Shown: in pieces, positions 1 to 12,089 of the stretch
Numbering within the stretch: the first letter of the stretch is position 1
How the letters are laid out: every line of letters starts with the position of its first letter
Assembly: GCA_965637545.1 (NCBI GenBank)
Contig: OZ281496.1
Coordinates: 16,368,001 to 16,432,000 of the forward strand
Direction: 5' to 3'
Source: Phallusia mammillata
Lineage: Eukaryota
Length of the DNA stretch: 64,000 nucleotides
Notes under the pieces: generated by a model
The model's input: the letters and a program-made list of their open reading frames with translations, nothing else
Databases searched by the model: none
Told to the model about the DNA's origin: nothing
Position numbers and translations under genes: made by a program

Positions 1-810
1 CCGAGACTGTGTATTTTCCATGGAAAATTGACACCGTAAAACACGTGACTTTGCCACACAATTTAATAATTTCCGAAAGGTGGCGCACCGAAACAATGGC
101 GCCTAAATGGCGTATTATATTGGAACCCGTTTAATTGTGTTTTGTTACTTTCGTGTGACAAAAATATCTAATATTAATGGCGTATTAAAACGAAAAACAT
201 ACCAAACTTACCAGTTTAAGGTAAAGTGTGGCTTGTTACTTTTGGTTGAAAAAATATTTATGGAAAATTTTGTATTTCACAACTGTACGATCCAAAGCAT
301 AAGTATGCGGGAGGGTGAGGGAAAGGTAAATGTGAAATATCTATTAAAGGATGGAAAAGTTCAATATGAATAATTTAAAATATTGTGTTTGTTGCAGAGA
401 AAACGTTACAACAAAAAAAGAGAGAAACGGTAAGATTAAAGTTTTATCGTCAAGTAAAACAGTTTTTGTGTATTGCATAGTTCCAAGTGTTAATATACAT
501 CAATTAATTTTTAGTTTTATCCCGTACCAAAGATTCCATGAGCTGCAAAGGTTAGTGAATTTTTCACAATTGGTTTTATTGGAAAGTATGTTTTATATTT
601 TATGCCATACTTTTATTTTTAAGGTTGAAAAAGGTTCCCCCAACAACTAAGTAAACAAGATATAATCATTTTTCATGCAAATCGTGTAATGTATTATTTG
701 TTCACAGATGGTTGCCCAGGGAAGTTTTTTTTTCAAGAAGTAAGGCCTATTTTTTTTAATGTGTGTCTCTTGTGTATACAGCTAATGTGACACTATTGTT
801 TTTTTTGCAG

Positions 811-1034
811 AACTTAGAACAAATTAATGAAAATGAAACTGTAAGTTTGTGTTGATGTCTAATTTAATTTAATGTTGTAATGGTACCACTAATGACACTA
901 TTGTGTTTTGAAAGATTGCAGAAAAAGAAAATGAAACTGTAAGTTTGTGTTGATGTTTAATTTAATGTTGTAATGGTACCACTAATGACACTATTGTGTT
1001 TTTGTAGAATGCTGAACAGTAAAAAGATTTGAAA
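811..1034 (+). repeat. Tandemly duplicated micro-exon/intron units (30, 24, 27 nt exons) of a decayed spliced gene
   Basis: ag|exon|gt units at 811-840 (NLEQINENET), 915-938 (IAEKENET) and 1008-1034 (NAEQ*KDLK). The two intervening introns are near-identical (gtaagtttgtgttgatg...gtaccactaatgacactattg). Confidence 0.55.
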
Positions 1035-2181
1035 GTATGCATAGTACATGCACCCTATTACAATTGTATTTTTGTTATTGACCTGTTTTTGTGCTTCACA
1101 GAAAAAAGAAATACAAGTTTTGGAAATTGCTTATGGTGTTATTCTTTTAGGTTCATGCGAAAGAATTAACACTTACTAGCACAAAACTACATGGTAGTTG
1201 ATGACAGTTTAGGGCAGGGATAGTTAACTTTTTTTGCAATTGCTAATGAAATAATATGAGAATTCCAACCACATCCATGAGGCTCTCATTTGTGATCGTT
1301 GGCATTTTTGTTAACCCAGACGCCTCGCCAGTAGCCCTATGAAACTGGGAGTTTGTAGAACAACCACACCTGTTGAGCGTTCAAGCCTTTAGGTCTTATT
1401 ACCAGCCTAGGCTTTTGGTTAACCACACCTTTGGAGCCTTCAAGACTGCAGCAGACTTCTTGGTTAACCACACCGATAAGGCGTTCAAGCAAAAATGCTT
1501 ATTGGTTAACCACACTCAGGCGTTTAACACATGTGCAAACTTTATGACTGTTCCCACAAAGTAAAATAATTATGAAAATTTCAAAGAAGCAATGGATTTT
1601 GCAATCCTGAAGTGCCCTGGATTTAGCGTTTCCTAAGTAAGTATCCTGTACCGTAGTATTTATTGTGGCTCTCCTTCCCTAAAGGGGACACTTTTTGATG
1701 TCACTCGATCTTTAGGTTGATCAACTGCACCAACACGTTGTACCCCCGCGTGTAAAGGTCAGTGTAAAATGAACACATTCTGTTTGTGCATGGACTATTT
1801 GGATGGTTTTTTCGTGTATAGGTTGTTTCGGTAACCGAACTGACGTAAACCTGGCAATTCGTTAAACTGCAAGTCGAAGCAAAGTCACGTATTTGGGCCT
1901 CGCTGTGCCAAACTCACCAGAGCTTCCACCTCTCTGATGATGGACCAACTGTTAATTGCGGCAGCTTGAGGAATAACCACAGCCGACACCGAGGAGCAAA
2001 CCACCACTCATCTTGGGTGTTGCGAAACAAACACAATTAAGGAAAGTGGCAAAAACGGTAGGCTCAAAGCTCCAACCGTGTCTCTGTGGGAATGCTTAGG
2101 CTCTACAGTACAGCGAAATAAGGAAGAAAAATTAGTGTCAATTAACAAAATGTTTATGTGATCACGAACAATCGAGTTTAG

Positions 2182-3196
2182 CACAGCGCTGTTGTGCAAC
2201 AAACAAAGTGGTAAACAAAAATTTCTTTAACGTCAAATGACTTATTGGATGTAAACATGAAACATTCAGCAATGTACATTCTTTCTCACCCGTTTCCTTA
2301 TATTGGAGGCTTGCAAAGTTGTTTGGTGTTTTCAGTTTGTACGAACACATTTCCCCCATTCACACACCTCAGCAAAAATTTTTTCAAATCATAAATGTCC
2401 AGGGCAATCACTGGATTACTGCGTCCAATGTATTTTTAGACAATGACATGATTTATGATAGGCACGTTAAATGGCTGGTGCCTGGAACCAAAAAAGAAGA
2501 GCTGCGTACTGTTCGTTTCGGACAACAACGCACCGTACCTAGTTTGTCCTTCTGTGGTAAAACCTTTTCGTTTTGAAGTTGTTACCCCATCCCTGGTGGT
2601 ACCATTGAACATGGAATCACGGAGTTGCAAAATCGTCCCCCAATTCGAAACGTCGACGTTGTGGATTTGGCCAAGCCAAGCGTTTACAGTTAGAACACAG
2701 CGCTGTTGTGCAACAAAGTGGGAAACACAATTTTCTTTAACGTCAAATGACGTATTGGATGTAAACATGAAACATACAGCAATGTGCATTCTTTCTCACC
2801 AGTTTCCTTTTATTGGAGGCTTGCAAAGTTATTTGGTGTTTCCAGTTGGTACGAACACATTTCCCCTATTCACACACCTCAGCAAAAAATTTTTCAAATC
2901 ATAAATGTCCAGGGCAATCACTGGATTACTGCGTCCAATGTATTTTCAGACAATGACATGATTTACGATAGGGAGGCAGGTTAAATGGCTGGTGCCTGGA
3001 ACCAAAAAAGAAGAGCTGCGTACTGTTCGTTTCGGACAACAACGCACCGGACCTAGTTCGTCCTTCTGTGGTAAAACCTTTTTGTTTTTCGTTTTGAAGC
3101 TGTTACCATCCCTGGTGGTACCATTGAACATGGAATCACGGAGTTGCAAAATCGTCCACCAATTCGAAACGTTGACGTTGTGGATTTGGCCAAGAA
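2182..3196 (+). pseudogene. Tandem ~514-bp duplication of a degenerate Ulp1/SENP-like (clan CE) protease fragment
   Basis: cacagcgctgttgtgcaac starts at 2182 and again at 2696. Both copies encode ..SAMYILSHxFPxIGGLQS..FQIINVQGNHWITASNVF..MIYD with frameshifts, paralleling the copy at 8750-9230. Confidence 0.6.
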
Positions 3197-3939
3197 AAGC
3201 GATTACAGTTCGAAGCCAGTGGCGTTGGTTGGTCAGAAAGATTTTCGGGGATATTCTTCGGCTGATCAACTGCACCAAATCGCTGACACCCAAGGTCAGT
3301 GTGGAATGAACAGATTCTTTTTGTACCTTGGTCGTTTTTTCTTGTACAACCGGTTTCGTTAACCAAATTGCTAATTAACTTCATCTCCAGTAAACGCCTT
3401 CTGAACCTCCATGGATACAAAATCTCTGTATTGTATAGATCTTTATCGCAGCACATTTGGTCAGGGTTCCGTAACTTAATAATGTACCGTGTTTCAGTTT
3501 TTGTCGGGACACTGGGATGTAGTTTTTGTTTTCCCTTTTTATTAAATCTTGTGAGTATAGGTATACTGTAGTGGAATACAGCCAAAGCGTGGCTTTATTC
3601 CCCATGTAAACCTGGCAATTCGTAAGGCTGCAAGTAAAAGTAAAGTCACGTATTTGGACCTCGCTGTACCAAACACCCGAGCTGTGGTACGACAAGGTTC
3701 ACCTCTTCGATGATGGACTGAACGGATTACACCACCAACATTTCCGAAGTTAGTTAGGAAATAAACTCAGGTATAACTTTCCTACGGTTTTCCTGCGTTG
3801 TCTGATTTGCCGGTATCAGATACCCAGAAAATAAGGCAACGGAGGTCCGCCAAAGCTATGGCCAGGCAGCAAGATCGTTGGAAAAAACCCGGGTAAGTTT
3901 TTATAATAAGTTGCAACCTAAAACTCAACAGATTACAAA

Positions 3940-4130
3940 ACCCCGCTATTTACACTTTACATCCTATTATTGTCAAAGCACTTAAAGACCAGGCCAAACG
4001 CTTGACGACAGACCCAGCATTGCTTCAAATGGAATTGCACAAGGTAAATGAGGCCCTGCGGTTATATGGCTGCACGAACTGGATTCACCGTGCTCATAAA
4101 AATGTTTCACGGAAACAGATCCAGTACAAA
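3940..4130 (+). mobile_element. Penelope-like element fragment (post-RT YLHFxS region)
   Basis: KPRYLHFTS (frameshift) VKALKDQAKRLTTDPALLQMELHKVNEALRLYGCTNWIHRA resembles the PLE segment YLHFxSxHP...ELxxL...NGY. Confidence 0.45.
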
Positions 4131-5104
4131 TGTTGTAATAATCCACCTCAGGGTGGACATTTGGTAAAAATGGTGGGAATAAAACTCCTAAGCGTGGAAC
4201 TTTCCACCAACACCAACATCATTAGTTTATAGCCGCCCTATGATACTGAAAGGGTGGAGTAGGCCAGTGGTCTTCAACCTGTGGGTCGCTATAAATTCAA
4301 TCTATCGGCTTTTAAGTTCATTATAAAAAAATGACACGCTTTTGTCCCAGTTCGCAACCTTTGCTCATGTTTTGCAGTACATCTTGGTACCTCGTGTCAC
4401 AATCTAATCATTGTGATGCAACAATCCATTTCAAAAAAAACGTTGTCCAATCCATTGTTACTCGATAAAGTCCCATTAATGGCATATTGTGTCCAAAATA
4501 ATACAGCGGGTATGGGGAAAAATACATAAATTAACTGATTTCTGCTGGTAAGGCCAAATTATATAAAACTTTTGGGTTCTAACATTTGAGCCTAATAATG
4601 CACACTGAATGCTAATATTTCAAGTCTACTTAAGAATTAAGCGGGCATATTGAAAATAGTTTTAGTTAAAAATAGCCCTATCAGAAAAAAATGGGGTTCT
4701 CCACAGTTTGTACGGTAGCTGTTATTGGACTAGCGTTAGTCTGACTAATAATAAGTAACTGAAAACATAAACCTGTGAATAAAGGGACGCCACGTAAACT
4801 ACGTCCACAAGCGAAATTGATCCTTTTTTTCCTAAAAGGTGCACGGCACAATTTGTTTCTATGCGGGTATGAAAAAAGTGACAACGACGGAGGATGCTAA
4901 CGTAAATTATTAAACTCAATGTGCACTATTTTTCTATACAACTGCTTGTCATTTAAACAGCACTGCACCAACAAAAGCACAATAACAATGGCAGATCTTG
5001 CAAACCAAAGCCATCAACATACGCGAGGTAGGCACCGTGTACAAATTTGTAATCAGTTACTCAATTGTTAACGCACCAATATTGTGCACAGCGTGGTGAC
5101 CTCA

Positions 5105-5280
5105 TAGCCCCGCCAAGTCGATAATCCTTCTTCTGCAAATCCTCCGATTCCAGCCAAGTCGATTACTCTTCTCCTGCAAAACCTCCGATCCCAGCCAAGT
5201 CTAACCCTCTCTCCTGCAAAACCTTCCGATCCCAGCCAAGCCTAAAGGTTACCTCCGATCCCAGTCAAGCCCCTCCTCTT
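5105..5280 (+). repeat. Imperfect minisatellite (cctccgatcccagccaag core)
   Basis: Four copies of cc(t)tccgat(t/c)ccag(c/t)caag at irregular (~25-38 bp) spacing; PPIPAK-like reading with frameshifts. Confidence 0.7.
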
Positions 5281-6799
5281 GCGAGACTGCAAAGCATTAA
5301 GTCCAATTACTTTCCCTGGAGGTCCTCGGTTTGCGACGGCGTTTACAAGTCCAAACACCTCCCTAGGTGGTATATGTTGCGCCAGCGTTGCTACAGCGGA
5401 GCAACGGCGCGGAGCAACTCAAGCGTTGCAAAGGGGTAAATAATTACTATGGAACAGAATGTTACAAACTGTGACTTTTTATATGCAATATTATTATCTA
5501 CTGAACAACAAACTGCATGTTTTTTGTTTGGTGTATGGTGTTTGATTATTTTAGAATTGATTGGTGGTAAAAAATAAGGCTGTTTTAACATTGGCTACAT
5601 AGAAAAAGCCATATTTAAAATGTCTATGAAAAATAAATCTTTTGAACTTAAAACCTTTAAGATCGTGCTTTGTGTGTATTGGGGTATTTAAAAAATGCAA
5701 GAAAAATAATTTGGATCTCTGTGAGAATTTTTTAGAAAAAGCTTGGACCACAAAAGGTTACAACTTGCACTCAGACCATCAAACGGAGTGGTTGGTCCTG
5801 CATGTCACCGATAAAATCAGCCTTTGCCAGTGCTACAGTCTTACAACAAAACGTTTGTCTTGCATGCGTTATTTCTTTGTTTGGCACTGTGGGGGATTTA
5901 CACTTAATTTCAAATTGTTTGCAACGTTTCGACAATAGGGTAAATTTGGACAAATCGCTAATTCGTTTGTTTGAAAACTAACTCCACACAAACATCGAGA
6001 CAAGCTATTATTTCATTTCTTACGTGTGGTAGATATGAAAAATACTCCGAAAACGTTCTCCAGATTAGACGAAAATGGTTAAATAACACCTCATTTAGAA
6101 AATGAAAACAATCTACGTATTGTGAGATAAATGATTGCGCTGAAAGTCACTACCAGAGAATGACAATAAGTGAACTCGAGGCGTTGCCCGATAATTTTTA
6201 TCGAACAAAAATGAAAAGATAAACTAATAATGGTTGAATCTGCCACCCTCCCTTCTTCCCGTCTGAAGAGCTTTCTATCGTGCAAACAGGTGTTTGCCAG
6301 GGTCTCGGTGTAGACCCATTTGAGGAGAGGCTTTGCCCCAGGACTACTCACTCTTCGTTATCTCATAAAAGGATGAGTCTGGACGTTCATTTTCCCTTAT
6401 TTGGTTCAAGACACCAGGCTCTTCATCGACTTATCCGGGACAACATTTTCGGAAACCCCTTCATGGTGTTTAATCGCCATCACGAGATGGGTAACACCAC
6501 AATTCGTCCTGCACATTACGGTCGCTCTGCGAAGATGTGCAAATCAGTTTTGTGCTTAAGATGCAAATTCGATCTCGCAATATCATACTGCACCGTCTTA
6601 ACATTTAACCCCTTTAGCCAATTGTTGGACACATACACAACCATGCAATTTGGCTAGGTCAAACTGGCGGGCTGAGTGTGATGGTGTTTTTGTCGTGAAC
6701 TTTTGTTCTGTCTGTTTCTGCAGGAAGGTCACGTAGCGGCCTATCTATAACTACGACTGCGCAATTGTACAAAAAACGCCTGGTACCCCAACCCTTACC

Positions 6800-8120
6800 A
6801 ATACGCTTCTACAAATTAAGCTGAAAGCAATTAATTCCTTATTGCAAGCAGTTTTTCAAAATTCCCATCATTTGTTGGTCCAGATGTCACAACTCCCGTT
6901 GATGACCTTTCAACTGATGTACTGGAAATGCTGTTCCGTGCTTTGGCAGAGAAAAAAAACATCAGATGAATTATCCACCAACTCTTTAGCGACTAGTCTT
7001 TGTCATGATCCTTTATTACTGCAAATGATTAGTTTTGCTGATTCTTTGAACCATATGTGTTTTGTCAAGTTTGGCAATTGGTAAAAGAAATGCTGCACAA
7101 AACAGTTGTTTTCTTTGATCTCGGGTCTTGACGCCCCACTGTTTATTGAGATGTTTCCTAAACAACAAAGTATTTGATGGTGATCAGCTATTTTACTTCT
7201 CACAACAAATGTCGCAAATTTGCTTGTAGCCAAGTACCTATCTCACAGAGATAGGAGGCTACCATCGATAATACTTGCAGTCAAATTTGACCACAAATTT
7301 CAAGTGTGGTGATTCTAAAATAAGAATTTCACAGAATTGTGGAAATCTTAAGGGAGAAGGTAAGGAGTGTAGCTTCAACCATACTTGTCCAATCTCTCTG
7401 GACTCACTTCGTTGTCATACCACCAAAATATCAGGGGCCTTACAATTAACGTCCTGACGGCAACTGTCCTTCTGGGGTAAATTTCAAGCGCCAATTGTGG
7501 TAAAACTCGACAACCCCGATCGCCTTGTATTTTTTTCAATGTTTCAACTTGTACATTTAATATCTACGTGAGCAATGTTCCAGACGGCTTCAAATAATAT
7601 CTGTGTCGACACCAAACATGCAAATAGCATTGCCACTACAACTTTTCATTAGCTTTAGGACGCAAAAATCACCATGTAAGGTGCATATCATGCATCTAAA
7701 ACAGCAGTGAAAACGAAAACCTTTTTAGTCTCTCTCCGAGGAAAAGAGTTGTAAGAATTACTGCAGGTAATTACTAATGCGTCCTTTACCCACGTGCTTA
7801 CTTAAAAATGCCTCGCGTTGTTTTGAAATGATTAATCTCATGTGTTGCTCCAATCTAGCAGTTGGACAATTATGCGTGTTCTTTTCAATTTGCCCTCGAG
7901 CCTCGCAATCACCATTGACAACGATTCATGCAAATCATTGTTCTAATTTCTTTCGCTTTCGGTGTTCTTGTATTTTTCGCGCTTTGTTGTTCTGCTCCTT
8001 AACATCGACATTTAATACTGCCACTTTTCCTTTGTTTCTAGATTGATAATAACGGGTCACTGACTCGATGGCCAATGGTGGCCTTTCAGTGATCCCGTTA
8101 CGCAATTGCGAATTTTCCAA
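6800..8120 (-). pseudogene. Highly degenerate transposase-like ORF, possibly FLYWCH-MULE type
   Basis: Pieces across frames: CEARGQIEKNTHNCP (zinc-finger-like end), ICMFGVDTDII, YTPYLLP and KQLFCAAFLLP (like MULE xLMALxFLP). Many stops. Confidence 0.3.
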
Positions 8121-8749
8121 ATATTATTGCAATGTACTTTACTCTAATGCGTGACAAATAAAAGAATTGAATTGAATATAGGTTACATACGCTTTTATGC
8201 TCTTATGATAACTATTATGACAGAACAAATGCTATTTTTTCCGCGGAAAGCACGTCGAATGGATTCCCGAATCACAGGTTTCAGATGAAAACGAGATGGA
8301 GAAAATTTCGCTTTCGTCAGGATTGATGCTCGGAGATCTCGGGCGACACGGGGACACACATGCTTACAAAAATTATTCCGACATGTTTGTGAAGGTGCAA
8401 ACAGAGTCGAGCAAACCTTTACGAAAGACGATAGAACGCAGGGTAGTATGGAAAGTCAGCAAGAGTTAAAAAGAAGAGGGTTCAAGGGCCTGCATGAGTT
8501 TGCATAGCTTTATGCAGATACTCATCTTGGACTTGTTCAGCAGTACGAAGATGGGGTCAGAGGGGACAAAACGTAAGAGAACAAAAACAGAGCGTTCAGA
8601 CAAAAAGCAAGATAGTTATGTAAGAACAGATTTCAGACAAAAAGCAAGACAGTTATGTAAGTACCTGTCGCATGCCGAAAGACTGTTTGGCGAGAGGCTG
8701 CAGTGCTGACAAGTTTACACCAGATTTTTCAATGATTTCTCAAGATTAT

Positions 8750-9230
8750 TCGGATTTGCTGCAAGCAGATGACTGGTTAGGTGATTCGCACATCGACTCG
8801 GCAATGTACGTGTTGGCACAGCAGTTTCCGAATGTTATGGGTTTACAAAGTTGTTTCTCCGAGTTTGTGAATAATAACCCGGTATACACGCGCACAAAAT
8901 TGTTTGTCCAATGTACATGGAAATCACTGGGTAACTGTATCTAACATTTTTTCACTAAACAAACAAACGATTGTTGTTTATGACAGCGCCCCTAAAGCGC
9001 AGTATAGCCCTTACGATCAGTTCATTTTATCCAAATTGTTTCATGTAAACATAAACAGCTGAATTGTATTTTTCCTGGTGTTAACAATCGAAGAATTCTG
9101 GAAATTGTGGTCCTTTTTCAATGTTTGCAGCCGCTGTATGTTTTTAGGTATTCCTCTAGAAAACGTGCAAGTCGGAAAAGTGGTGTCATGGTGGCTAAAA
9201 ACAACACAGTACAGAAGAAAGACTTAGTGC
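8750..9230 (+). pseudogene. Ulp1/SENP-like cysteine protease domain, frameshifted
   Basis: WLGDSHIDSAMYVLAQQFPNVMGLQS, GNHWVTVSN (His, ~8919-8930), VVYDS (Asp, ~8976-8987) and QSKNSGNCG (Gln/Cys, ~9085-9111): the H-D-C order of clan CE proteases. Confidence 0.7.
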
Positions 9231-9292
9231 AACAGTGAGAGTTTTCAGATTCCTGTATTTGTCGTTCAGCTTACAACGAGGAACGTCTAGAG

Positions 9293-9707
9293 CAGTGGTT
9301 CCCAAACTTTTTCATTATTTTGTCAAAACGGTCCCTTTGCCATTATTTCGAGGGCTCGCGGTCCTTAAGCTGGAATGTGTATTTCAGAAAAACGAAAGTT
9401 GATTGCAGGATTTTCGCTGGTTATGCAAAATTGCGCATAATAATGATCTTTTCTAAACTCTAAAGACAGCTTGTGACATTACAGACATGACAAAAGCAGT
9501 ACGATTGTGCGCGAACAATTGCATTTTTGATAGTTGTCATTCAATAAAGGCTATTGTTTAGCAATGAAGACAGCCGATTTCTAAATTCTCTTGATTTAAA
9601 CTTATTCAGTGGCACAAACTGACGCTAAATAAGATTATAGAATTATACTTTATCCGCTTCGCGGTCCCCCCAAAATTGCCTCACGGACCCCAGTTTGGGA
9701 ACCGCTG
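9293..9707. mobile_element. hAT (Charlie-type) MITE
   Basis: TIRs cagtggttcccaaac / gtttgggaaccgctg; perfect 8-bp TSD gtctagag (9285-9292 and 9708-9715). Confidence 0.9.
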
Positions 9708-12089
9708 GTCTAGAGTGTAGCAGATGCAAAGACTGGTATCATATCCACGCTTCTGTACTACGTTTTCAGAATGTACATTGGGTATCACAAACAGTCAGTC
9801 TAAGACTGCATTGTTTTATAATCACTGACTATTAATCAGGTTAAACAAATTGGCAAGATGGGGAGTGCATTTAAAGAGCCGCAATCAAAGGCTGAAAGAG
9901 GCGCATGCGGCTCGGGAGCCGCAGTTTCGCCACCCCTGGCATATACGTTCAATTACAGACTGCCAATAAACAACATGTAAGTCGACGACAGTTTGCGTCT
10001 GTGGCCAGGGGCAGTTAGAATCAACGCAAGTTTTGGTTTTATCTTACAATTTTAATGGTTTCGATTTGCCGGTGCTTGTGTGGAGCCGTGAAACACTTGT
10101 TGCGTTCCTATCTGATGTTTTAGAACGCAACGCTCTCGCATGGAGACAGGCTCTGCGTGAAAACAGCTCCTGGATGATGTACCAGTTGGTTAATTTAACG
10201 TTTGTTTTTCAATGGGGGCTTAAATTGGACAAGCTGTCGAACTACCACCCTACATCACATGCAAATCCCGGGCACTGAACAAGACCCCGACTGGGGGTTT
10301 TACACGCGACAACTTGTGTGTCTCTAGGTCTTGTTTGCAATCTGACTGAATTCGCACAGGGGCTCAGGGTATGTCCAGTCGGTGGTTGGGGAGTAAGTAT
10401 TACAAAACAACAATCGTCGAAATTTTTACGGGGTCCGTGGATAGTGTGATCCTCATGGCCTTTTGCGATAACGCGCCAGACGCACAGCCTCGGGCCAACG
10501 AGCGTTGTACAGTATATGTTTCGAATCGCGACCTGATAAGAAGCCCGACTTTTTTGTTGGTACCATGTAAATGTATCCCATTTTTAACTGCAAGAACTTG
10601 TATTTACTCTCCACCATTTCATTAACACTGTCGATCGAAATATTTCTTTTACAACTGTCACTAAACGTTTTAAGAATTTTCTTTATTTGATGCTTAATAA
10701 CATCATCGGAGGCATGTAGATTGTATTTCACTGCTACCACGCAGCAGATTAAACTGTTTTACATTCCGTGAAATATGGCAATTGTGTAAAAATATACTGG
10801 GGCAAGATGCGAATGATCTGTGTATGGGCGATGAGTCAAGCCTATGGCCATAGCATGGTTGAAATGACTTGTCTTTGTCAGTCATCAGTTTAAAGGGGGT
10901 GTTGAAAACCTTGACGTTTTTTTGTCAAGGCACCGACACGATACTGTTACACGTTTGACCTGCGTCCAACGGACCCCGAAAACAGTGCTATCGCTTTGAC
11001 AAGCGGGTCGGGGACAGCCCCGTGTCGCCTATTTCGCCCGGCATGTAGCTTTTCCAAGTGCGCACAACTGAAAACGTCATGAAACTGGAGCTGCAGCTCC
11101 ACCATAGATAACATATTAATGCAATGATTTTTTTTAAATCAGCACTAAGTCGTGCTCTAAAGAAAAAAATTGGAAAAGAAAGCGCCAACACAAGGTAGGC
11201 AAGACTCTGTATCTTGTGGCGGCAGACGTGACGAATCTTAACTGCAATTTAGTTGAAAATGCGTTATGTCACGCCCTAGAAAATCAATCAAGCTGTATGG
11301 CCACAATCCGCTGGATGCGTAATTTACTGTTTAATTAGATTACTTTTATTGCAGAAAATTTGAAAAAAGATTATAATGATAAGAAACCAATGGACCTGGT
11401 GTTTTTTTTGTGTTGCTTTCAGAGGAGGCAATTAGTTCTATTCATCCACCATGTTGACTTTAGAATAGCAGAAAGAGTAAGTACAAAAGATTCAGTTATA
11501 AAATAAATTCACAAAATTATCTCATACCATTGTGTTCAGATGTTTCGAAAGAGAAACCGCAGAAAGCGAATACGTCTAAGCAAAGCTTGATATTCGATTT
11601 GTGCCTGAAATCCACCCATGTTGTCAAAAGTCAGTCGCGTTGCTATTAGCGCCACTCGTTTCTCCAACCTCTCAGGCCCACTTTCTTTTTACCAGCTACA
11701 GCTGCCGCGTTTTTTACCGATGCCCAGCATCGCTCCATCTGTTCCATCATTTTAGCGTATTTTCAACCGCTAGGTTTTCGCAGTTGTGTCTTGTGTTTTC
11801 GTATGTGGTTGGTTACAATGTTTGTATGTTAATTGTTGAGTTTGTGGCACCGTCTCGAAATTCGCTCAACAGGTTTTCCAGGTTCGATCCTCCTATGTTA
11901 ACTTCATTTATCTACTTTTGCCTGCAATCTTTTTTAAAAAATAGGTCTTCGTCGGTGGTAATTGGCATAAATTCAAAAGCATTTACACGTATGGCCAACC
12001 AAAGGTTTATTTCTCGTTAACCATACATTATTTACAAGACAGTTGCGCGCATTAGAACGGTTTGCGTGACTTTATTTCATACGCATACG

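Noticed and set aside
107-650. Short ORFs from the ORF track
   Set aside because: AT-rich, low-complexity, no motifs. Most ORFs under 130 aa in the track are antisense or off-frame shadows of TE sequences.
4265-4290. hAT MITE left end (cagtggtcttcaacctgtgggtcgc); another lone end finishes at 9938
   Set aside because: No matching partner TIR or TSD found.
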